From positions 1-64,000 of IMG/VR virus record IMGVR_UViG_3300032030_000024: DNA of 64,000 nucleotides; one strand, given 5' to 3'. Shown here piece after piece: positions 56,599 to 64,000 of this stretch; positions within the stretch are counted from its first letter, which is position 1; every line of letters starts with the position of its first letter. The position numbers were made by a program, and so were the translations under genes. This DNA is from a virus. Its lineage: Duplodnaviria > Caudoviricetes. The notes beneath the pieces were generated by a model. That model saw nothing but the letters and a program-made list of their open reading frames with translations. It was not told where the DNA came from and did not search any database.

Positions 56599-57428
56599 CC
56601 CTTTATCACATTCTTAATATCACCGACAATCTCTCCACCGTAGTATGCCTTGTAGGGAACAACCTCCATACGCTTCTCCGTCAGTGACTCAAGCTTGCTC
56701 GCCGTGTAGAGCCTCCCAGGGTCATTGGCACTCATGCGCTTGGCAGACATGAAGGCAAGACCCCTGTCAAGACCTCGCTCCACACAGGTCATCGTACTGC
56801 TTCCGTCGGGTTGGTCGGAACGCATCACCGCCCATTCCTCACGGTCGTCAAGCACAACGTCGCACTCTGCAACATCACGGTACACACGCCATATCCTGTC
56901 CTCACGGTCTATCTCTATCAGAGGCTCCGTGTCACGCGGCGCTTCCTGCCTGTCACCGAGGCTCCACCGTATAGGCAGCTGTGCCCAGCGGAAGAACTGC
57001 TCGTAAAGGTCGGCAGACTCATTATCCATTTCCCTTGCGCCGTCAGCGGTCTGATAGCTCTCCCAGAACTTGAACCAACGGTCGCAGGCTTTCTGATACT
57101 CAGCGCAAGCCCGCTTCAGCTCGTGCTTGTTCATGCCGCAGGCATCAAAAAGGACTGCAGCCTGCTCGTAGACAAGCTGGGAAACAGTGGTCAGGGCATG
57201 CATGGCACAAAGGAGGTTGCTGACACGGGTGATGACCCCCTGCTTCTCAGCATCGTCATAGCTGAGACCCTTCACCCCCAAGCCCTTCAAGCGCCCAAGG
57301 ACGGCTTCCTTGTCAATAGCCCTGTGTATAGGTACAACAATCTCGTTCTTCATCGCATCAATACCATTGGAAAGTGTATGTATCAACGGTGGGATACTTG
57401 TCACACCCAACGCACTCCTCGCGTTCAT
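56595..57428 (-). CDS. hypothetical protein
   Basis: 277-aa ORF in operon. Confidence 0.6.
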   Translation of the reverse strand: MNARSALGVTSIPPLIHTLSNGIDAMKNEIVVPIHRAIDKEAVLGRLKGLGVKGLSYDDAEKQGVITRVSNLLCAMHALTTVSQLVYEQAAVLFDACGMNKHELKRACAEYQKACDRWFKFWESYQTADGAREMDNESADLYEQFFRWAQLPIRWSLGDRQEAPRDTEPLIEIDREDRIWRVYRDVAECDVVLDDREEWAVMRSDQPDGSSTMTCVERGLDRGLAFMSAKRMSANDPGRLYTASKLESLTEKRMEVVPYKAYYGGEIVGDIKNVIKG

Positions 57429-57447
57429 ATCTGTCCTCTCTCATGGC

Positions 57448-57786
57448 CTACTTGAATTTAGTGAGCTTGCTTATTCCCATAGCTTCCTCGAAATAAACGT
57501 CAAGACCGATGGCGGTAGCCACGTCAAACTCCACCTTGCAGCCCTTGCTGTGAACGAACCTGCTCATCATGTAGATAGCATCGCACGACAGCAGCAGCTC
57601 AATGTCACGCTTCATGTGGGCGTGGGTGCCTGCGTCAACAGGCAGGCCGTTCTCCATAGGACTGACAACCTCCCATCCCAAACCCTCCAGCTCTTCCTTC
57701 TTCTTGCGGAAGGTCTCGCGCCTCTCCTCGATGTCGTAACCGCTTATGGGCGCACTCAAGTAAATCTTCTTGGAATAATTCTCCAT
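57448..57786 (-). CDS. DUF4406 (nucleoside deoxyribosyltransferase-like) protein
   Basis: IYLSAPISG..CDAIY..SKGCKVE. Confidence 0.85.
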   Translation of the reverse strand: MENYSKKIYLSAPISGYDIEERRETFRKKKEELEGLGWEVVSPMENGLPVDAGTHAHMKRDIELLLSCDAIYMMSRFVHSKGCKVEFDVATAIGLDVYFEEAMGISKLTKFK

Positions 57787-57917
57787 AATTGTTAATTTTG
57801 ATAGTTTTTTATTCTGTTTAGTTGTTATTTTATCAACTATTCTTCTGCTTTTTCAAAAACGCTGTTAAAATTTAACGTTCCCCGCTGCATGGTTGTGCAA
57901 ACGATTGCACAGCCCCT

Positions 57918-60176
57918 TTACGTTATTCTCACGTTAGTCAGCTGCCGTCCTTTGGAGAACACCGCCCATCGTTCCGTTCCCAGCTTTTCGAGTCCGATTT
58001 TTAGGTCTGCGACGGCTCCGAATCGTCGGTAGTTGCCAGCGAGGTCTATGACCCAAGCGTCTTTTTTGTCCTTGTGGGGACGTATTGCCCGGCCACAATT
58101 TCCCGTAATAAGAATTTTCCCGTTTCGTCTTGTTACGATTGTCCCTATTTCGTTTCGCACGCACCATATTTCTTCTCCTTGACTCTCCTCTATGATTGGC
58201 TTGGCTCGATGATACCCTTTCTTTGAAATGCTGATACTTCCATCCTTAACGTTATACCCAGCGATAGAAGCATGTTTCATTTTTTTTAAATAGAGCGTGT
58301 AAGCCTCGTTTCCATAATTGTTGACATAAGTGGTTATTTTTGCCCTATAACCTCGTCTTAATGCGAGACTTTGAAGTCTGTCACAGTAGTTTTTGTGAAT
58401 GCCTCCGCAAATACACAATGTATCTTTCTTGTAGCCTATAGGGTTAGAATGATCACCATCTGCCATATAGATGGTTTCGAGAAACACGTCAAACTGATGT
58501 TCGTTGAATTGCTCATACATCTCTGACCATGTCTTACAGCCGAGAATATACCCGTCATATTTATTCCAACCACGCAATCCTTTCGCCTTATCAATATTCT
58601 TGCGAGGGTCTCCATGCGAAATCATAAAACGTACTGTTCCCGCAAATTTTGCTGCCTCCCCTTTTCTTTGCTGGTAACATTTACCGTAGCGTAGTCCACA
58701 AACTTTTATAACCCTTTCAATTTCTTTTATATATTGTTGATTTTTAAGTGACTGAACAATATGTACGCATTTAGTATTTTTGTTAACTGAACCGTCAGAA
58801 ATACACCATCCAAGAAAGCGTATCTCGTCATCAGTAAGGTTAACTCCATCCATCTTTTCAATCCCACTTACGGGAACTTCATAGAATCCCCTCCTGTTGA
58901 AGATTTTGAGTGCTTCCTCTTTTTTGTACTCTAAAGCCCCTTTCGCCTTAACCAGTAGTTCATGCTCGCCTGTTACTTTGAAATCAAGATGCTGGTTTTT
59001 AAAGGATACAAACAGCTCTCCATCATAAGTTTTTCTATGAACCATCTGCTGGATGGGAACAAATAAAATTTCCCCGTTTCTGTATGCGGCTACGAGGTCA
59101 TCTTGCTTTATGCTTTCGTAGTCCATAAAGCCGCGTTTTGTAAGTATTTCTGTTTTCATATCTAAACACATTTGGTAATACAAAGCGAGTGACTTTGTCG
59201 GTCTTGCGAGGATTACGGTGTCAAGTTCTGGGTAGTCGAATCCTGTGGAAAGGCATGCTGCGTTTGTGACCACCTGTATTCTGCCTTCTTTGAAGTCGTT
59301 AATAATCTTTTCCCGTTCTTTCTTCGGTGTCTCGCCTGTGACGATAGCCGCCTTTACGCCTTGCTGGAGCAGTACGTTTCGGAGGTGTTCGCTTTCTTTA
59401 ACGAATCGTGTGAACACGAGGATTCCCTTGCGCGGTATGCCGCTTTTTGGGTTCAGGGCGCGTAGTGTGGTGTAGGCGAGCTTGTCGTAGAATCCGCTGC
59501 GTTCGTACTCGGCTACGAGTGATTTGTCGTCGTAGTCGCTTCCTGTGGAGTTGCTTCGGACGTTTTGCAGGTCTATTGTGGTGAGGTCGTGGTACTTCAG
59601 CTCTGCGAGGTAGCCTTTGGAAAGGAGGTCTGTTATCTGGCAGTAGTATAGAACCTTGTCGAAGATGCGGGGTCTTGTGCGTGTTATGAACTCAAGGACG
59701 GAAGAGCCGTTGGATGCTTGTGTCAGGCGATAAGGCGTGGCTGTCAGCCCTATTACCCTGCGGTCTTTCCTGCGATGGATAAAACGCTCGTACATCCCGC
59801 CTTTTGCTTCCACTCCGTGTGCCTCGTCCACGATAATGTATTTGAAGAGGTCGAAATCTGCTGGGTGGTTGTTCACGCTGCCTATGGTGGCAAACGTGAC
59901 CATTGATATTTTCTTTTGCCCTACCGAAGCGGAATACATGGTGCTGATACCTTTCTCCACCTTCTCCATCTTGTCGTGGTTTTGTTGTAAGATTTCACGG
60001 CTGGGACAGAAGATAAGGATTGGTGCTCCGAGCCTGTGGGCTATGTCGGCTATCAAGACAGACTTTCCGCTGCCAGTGGGCATGATAATGAGACCGTTAC
60101 CATCTGTAGTGCTTTGCAGGAATGTCACGGCAGCGTCCGATGCTGCTTTTTGGTATTCACGCAGTACAATAGCCAT
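57918..60176 (-). CDS. SF2 DEAH-box helicase, intein-containing
   Basis: PTGSGKS, DEAH, GLTATP, TGFDYP, QM-CGRAIR. Confidence 0.92.
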   Translation of the reverse strand: MAIVLREYQKAASDAAVTFLQSTTDGNGLIIMPTGSGKSVLIADIAHRLGAPILIFCPSREILQQNHDKMEKVEKGISTMYSASVGQKKISMVTFATIGSVNNHPADFDLFKYIIVDEAHGVEAKGGMYERFIHRRKDRRVIGLTATPYRLTQASNGSSVLEFITRTRPRIFDKVLYYCQITDLLSKGYLAELKYHDLTTIDLQNVRSNSTGSDYDDKSLVAEYERSGFYDKLAYTTLRALNPKSGIPRKGILVFTRFVKESEHLRNVLLQQGVKAAIVTGETPKKEREKIINDFKEGRIQVVTNAACLSTGFDYPELDTVILARPTKSLALYYQMCLDMKTEILTKRGFMDYESIKQDDLVAAYRNGEILFVPIQQMVHRKTYDGELFVSFKNQHLDFKVTGEHELLVKAKGALEYKKEEALKIFNRRGFYEVPVSGIEKMDGVNLTDDEIRFLGWCISDGSVNKNTKCVHIVQSLKNQQYIKEIERVIKVCGLRYGKCYQQRKGEAAKFAGTVRFMISHGDPRKNIDKAKGLRGWNKYDGYILGCKTWSEMYEQFNEHQFDVFLETIYMADGDHSNPIGYKKDTLCICGGIHKNYCDRLQSLALRRGYRAKITTYVNNYGNEAYTLYLKKMKHASIAGYNVKDGSISISKKGYHRAKPIIEESQGEEIWCVRNEIGTIVTRRNGKILITGNCGRAIRPHKDKKDAWVIDLAGNYRRFGAVADLKIGLEKLGTERWAVFSKGRQLTNVRIT
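58098..59168 (-). mobile_element. LAGLIDADG intein in helicase motif VI (357 aa)
   Basis: starts CLDMKTEILT, contains FLGWCISDG and IYMADG, ends ITGN followed by C. Confidence 0.9.
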
Positions 60177-60177
60177 A

Positions 60178-60870
60178 TCACCAAGCAGTCATGTTTTTTA
60201 TCTGTTTTCGGCAATGAGCGCAAAGCTGTTCGTTGGTTGGTACGGCTTCGCGCTTTGCATCGAACTCCTGTCGCTGCAATCCCGTTGCCATGTCGTAGGT
60301 GATGAATGTCTTGGCGATAAAGGCATCATCCTTGCGTTCCCCGAGAAGTACTCCGTCGTTGATGCTTAGGCAGATGTTGTCGTGCCCGTTGTAGCGGACG
60401 GAGCGCCCGACGAACTGACTGCCTTCCGTTTCCTCCCCGTAGCCGTTGTTGGTGAAGTACTGCTTCATCAGCTCTATGCCCGTCTTGTACGTGTTGATGC
60501 GTTCTCTGTACCGTTTCCACATGTGGGCGGTAAACACCATCCTGTCCATGAAGTGCATCCAGTTCAGCTTCTGCGTGTATGCGGTAAGGCCAGCAGGTGT
60601 GTGCTGCAATGCGAGTATGCACATGCCGTTCTGCTTCAGGTACTTCCTGCCGTATGCAGCAGCCATGACAAGGTAGCTGTTCTTGCGCGGTGACGTGTAC
60701 TGCCACCACACGGTCATGGGGAAACGCGCACATTTCAGTGCCCGCTTCTTCATGTCCTCGCGCTTGTGCACCCACCACCCTGAGACGTTGTCCCTGTCGG
60801 CTTCAAGCTCCCGGAACACCTCTGCGGTTGTCATCGTGTCTACTATCATGGTCTTGGCATTTGTTTCCAC
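60178..60870 (-). CDS. hypothetical protein
   Basis: FTAHMWKRYRER..AKTFI, possibly RNase-like fold. Confidence 0.6.
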   Translation of the reverse strand: METNAKTMIVDTMTTAEVFRELEADRDNVSGWWVHKREDMKKRALKCARFPMTVWWQYTSPRKNSYLVMAAAYGRKYLKQNGMCILALQHTPAGLTAYTQKLNWMHFMDRMVFTAHMWKRYRERINTYKTGIELMKQYFTNNGYGEETEGSQFVGRSVRYNGHDNICLSINDGVLLGERKDDAFIAKTFITYDMATGLQRQEFDAKREAVPTNEQLCAHCRKQIKNMTAW

Positions 60871-61583
60871 TCCCTGCCGTCGAGCAGTGAGCCGTTCTTA
60901 TACTTAGACCGCTTCACTCCGTCCTCGCCCCATGCGCCCCATTGCTTGAAGAAGAAATCAACGAAGTTGCGCTGGCAGGCATCACGGAGGGTACGGAACC
61001 ACTCTACGGGCGTTCTGCGGGCATTTGTGCCGCTTTCACCACCTGTTATAACCCAATCAATGCCACGGAGGTTTATGCCCCACAAATCGCCCAGCAATGG
61101 CTCACAGCTCAAGAATCGCACCTTCGCGCCATTTATGTTTCTGAGGTGGTTGATGCGGTCGAAATGCTTGTCACTCTCGCACGTCACACCGAGCCAGACA
61201 TTCGTCGGAACACCGCGTAGCGGGTTGAAGTATTCAGCCATGCGTTCAGCCCGTTTAGTCAGTATCTGATAGGTATGCTGTGGCGTGTTGCGTATCACGT
61301 CCATTACCTTGTCGATATATTCAAAGGGCACGTCCTCGTGGAAAAGGTCGCCCATAGAACACACGAACACCATGCGGGGCTTCTTCCACTTATACGGCTC
61401 GTTAATGCACTCTGGGTGAAGCGTTACCTTGAAACCGTTCTTGTACTTTTCCTTGCTTGCTGGCATGGCCTGTAGCCGCTTCGCCATTACCTCGGCGTAG
61501 CAGTTGCGACAGGCTTCGCTGACCTTAGAACAGCCCGATATAGGATTCCATACAGATTCAGTCCATTCGATTTTTGTTGCCAT
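60846..61583 (-). CDS. phage Gp37/Gp68 (DUF5131) radical-SAM-like protein
   Basis: TKIEWT..WNP..GC..SEACRNCYA, SMGDLFH, SCEPLL, GGESG, FFKQWG. Confidence 0.9.
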   Translation of the reverse strand: MATKIEWTESVWNPISGCSKVSEACRNCYAEVMAKRLQAMPASKEKYKNGFKVTLHPECINEPYKWKKPRMVFVCSMGDLFHEDVPFEYIDKVMDVIRNTPQHTYQILTKRAERMAEYFNPLRGVPTNVWLGVTCESDKHFDRINHLRNINGAKVRFLSCEPLLGDLWGINLRGIDWVITGGESGTNARRTPVEWFRTLRDACQRNFVDFFFKQWGAWGEDGVKRSKYKNGSLLDGREWKQMPRP

Positions 61584-61732
61584 ATTGATATGCGTAATAT
61601 TTTGATGCAAAGGTACAAAAAATATCCCAAAAATTTAATAAACAAATATAATTCTGTGCTAAACATTCTTAATATGCGCATACAAGCGCATATTAGAACA
61701 CCATTTTTACATTTTACTTATTATTTAAAGGG

Positions 61733-62026
61733 TTAAAATATTGATGTTAACTTGTTATTTTCGGCATCATGCCCAGTTAGATAGCACCACTCAAACTCAT
61801 TGAATGGGAAATACTCATTGTGTGTCATCTTCCCAATAGGATTACCATTATATACAAATCCATATCTAAATGCAGGATCAGTCTCACTCATATACCACAT
61901 CAGGATAAAATAGCCCATTCTCAATGAAATTCTACTCTTGGCTCTAACCAGTACTTCAGCAGCCTCACACTGTGGTAACTCTTCAGGATAATGATACCAC
62001 TTGATTTCTTTTGTTTCAGTTCTCAT
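61733..62026 (-). CDS. hypothetical protein
   Basis: 97-aa ORF. Confidence 0.5.
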   Translation of the reverse strand: MRTETKEIKWYHYPEELPQCEAAEVLVRAKSRISLRMGYFILMWYMSETDPAFRYGFVYNGNPIGKMTHNEYFPFNEFEWCYLTGHDAENNKLTSIF

Positions 62027-62038
62027 AATTCTTATTGT

Positions 62039-62281
62039 TTAAAGGGTTAGTCTTTTATCTGCGGGAAGCGAATGGTAGTAGGCATAGTCCGTACATTGAT
62101 GGACGTACTCAAGAATCATCGTCTGTTTTTCTGTAGGACTTTCGGCTTTAGCCGCCTCTGCCCATTCCTTTCGCATCTGCCAGTACTCGTCAGACCGCTT
62201 GCGACCTAACAGGTGGTTGCCCGTCTCGTTGTCGTATGCTACTTGTAACAGCAGCTCTCTTTCTTTTTTGGTTAGTTCCAT
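62039..62281 (-). CDS. hypothetical protein
   Basis: 80-aa ORF. Confidence 0.5.
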   Translation of the reverse strand: MELTKKERELLLQVAYDNETGNHLLGRKRSDEYWQMRKEWAEAAKAESPTEKQTMILEYVHQCTDYAYYHSLPADKRLTL

Positions 62282-62285
62282 ATTT

Positions 62286-62720
62286 CTATAAGATTTTATC
62301 TAATGCGTATTCGATAGCTTTCTCGCATGCTTCCTCGTAAGTGTCGCAGTGCTCGTCAAGGCCGTTATTGAGATAACTGGTCAGTATCTGGTACTTGCAA
62401 TGGGGCAGCGGCTTGATGAACGGCACCCAATGGTAGTATGGCTTTGGATTCCGCTTTATTCCATCGCAGAAGCACTTGTACTCGGCATGGATGTGGAGCA
62501 AGCGCTCTTCGCGTAGCCAGCTTACTATGCTATATAATGGTATTCGCATTGGATTTACATAAACAATACCGTCATAGCCTTTTCGTAAAACCATGTCGGT
62601 AAGCTTTTCTCCTGCACAACGGGTGTACTTGTCATTGCGCACGTCCCTTACAAGGATTGTTTCAAAACGGCTTACGATGCAATCGTTTTCGTCTATTTCC
62701 AAACAAATTTTCTGTCTCAT
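62286..62720 (-). CDS. hypothetical protein
   Basis: WLREERLLHI..TYEEACE phage motif. Confidence 0.55.
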   Translation of the reverse strand: MRQKICLEIDENDCIVSRFETILVRDVRNDKYTRCAGEKLTDMVLRKGYDGIVYVNPMRIPLYSIVSWLREERLLHIHAEYKCFCDGIKRNPKPYYHWVPFIKPLPHCKYQILTSYLNNGLDEHCDTYEEACEKAIEYALDKIL

Positions 62721-63055
62721 ACACTTTCATTGCTTAATTTGATTACAAAATACTCTACTCCAGGCTCTGCGCCCCATTCGGGCTTCCCTGTACCAATCAT
62801 AATTTCCTTAATCTTCTTCACCATGTGACTGTCGGCATCATCCTGCCTTGGATAGCCGAGGGTGAAGTGAGCGTGAGTGTAGCCTTTCACGTTGCAAGAC
62901 TGATAGTTGTTTCTGTACGAGAAAAGAGCATATTCAATTCCGAGCAGCCTCTTGCACCAATACGGCGTAATATTGCGGTATTCTTCGGGCTTCTCACCGC
63001 TGCGAATCATATCATACCATTTCCGCTTTAATGGCAGGTGCAGTTCTTTATTCAT
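62717..63055 (-). CDS. ASCH-domain protein
   Basis: LHLPLKRKWYDMIRSGEKPEEYR. Confidence 0.8.
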   Translation of the reverse strand: MNKELHLPLKRKWYDMIRSGEKPEEYRNITPYWCKRLLGIEYALFSYRNNYQSCNVKGYTHAHFTLGYPRQDDADSHMVKKIKEIMIGTGKPEWGAEPGVEYFVIKLSNESV

Positions 63056-63255
63056 ACGCTAATCCTCCTCAACAATTAGTTTCTTTGGGCTATTCTCATA
63101 TTTCACTTCTGGATATAAATCTGAGGGGATATGCTTCAAAAAGCTTTCTTCGTCTTTCTCGTCAATAAACTCACCTGTTCCATGTACTTTCACAGGCTTG
63201 TTTTTATAGAGATACAAACTACCGTTATCGTCTCTTGCAATCCAAATGTTCATAT

Positions 63256-63552
63256 TCAGCCCTCCTTTTGAAAAATATGTCTTACAAAATCTACGACCTT
63301 CTTTTCCACCTGTTGCATGGTTATCAGTTCGCCCAGCTCTTCCTTTGTGGCGAGAGCGAAGCAATGCAACTGTTCGTTGTATTCTCGCATAAGGCTCTCT
63401 ACCGTGTCACAGCCAGCAATGCGGATCGTCGCACCGTTCCATCTGAGGAACACGTCCTCGCGCATCTCTCTTGCCTTTGCGATAAGCTCTGGAAGAACAA
63501 GGTCTATGCTCTTGTCGCCAACTTGTCCTTCAAATAATACTCTCTGTCTCAT
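63256..63552 (-). CDS. hypothetical protein
   Basis: 98-aa ORF. Confidence 0.5.
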   Translation of the reverse strand: MRQRVLFEGQVGDKSIDLVLPELIAKAREMREDVFLRWNGATIRIAGCDTVESLMREYNEQLHCFALATKEELGELITMQQVEKKVVDFVRHIFQKEG

Positions 63553-63827
63553 ACGCTTTTTTGTGTTACAATAACTTTGTCCCCACCTTCCAAAGGTGAC
63601 AGGCCATTCTCTTTTCGCAATTCATTGACCGTCCTGTCCTTTGAGCAATACCAAGCAAAGAAAGCAAGGCCGAGCATTCCGCTTAATCCTCTAAACGCCT
63701 TGAACGGCTCGCTTTTTTCGCTCATAGTTCTTTATTGTCTGTTTCTTTTACGAACCTGTCAACGCTCTCAGCATCATACGATAGCACTAAGCCTACTGGA
63801 TAAATTTCATTCTCGTAGTATTTCATA

Positions 63828-64000
63828 TCATTTTGCGTTTAGCCTTTCCTTCAACCTTGTGTTTCTCTTCGTCACCGTCTGGTTCTTCACCGCCATAGCA
63901 AGAGCCTTCTTGCAACCGATGATAATACACAGCTTCTTTGCCCGCGTAATACCCGTATAGACGAGGTTCCGCTGAAGCATGATGAAGTGGGGCATCATCA
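63828..64000 (-). CDS. RecD2-like SF1 helicase, C-terminal fragment at window edge
   Basis: HFIMLQRNLVYTGITRAKK. Confidence 0.75.
   Translation of the reverse strand, partial: MMPHFIMLQRNLVYTGITRAKKLCIIIGCKKALAMAVKNQTVTKRNTRLKERLNAK

Overview
This 64-kb window is part of a tailed dsDNA phage of a Bacteroidota host, probably Prevotella-like: TAnnTTTG promoters recur and the gene content fits. It holds a head/tail module, terminase, a replication module with iterons, a tRNA-Ala, three inteins and an IS200/IS605 TnpB. Portal and tape measure are not in the window. The standout is 4178-6650. A Cas12f-like protein with substituted RuvC-I/II catalytic residues and no zinc finger/RuvC-III (predicted nuclease-dead) is surrounded by three CRISPR arrays. 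The arrays have three different 36-bp repeats, all ending ATACAGC, with mostly 30-bp spacers. Each array is preceded by its own ~50-nt tracr/omega-like scaffold whose pairing co-varies with its repeat. No cas1/cas2 or sigma factor is adjacent. A second candidate system is a set of about 13 small genes sharing an N-terminal leader (MAxExxxARE[SG]xxxPLNA) fused to unrelated C-termini. Two of these are CdiA-like nucleases, each faced by a convergent, conserved pseudoknot RNA. All calls are from motif recognition by eye; no searches were run.
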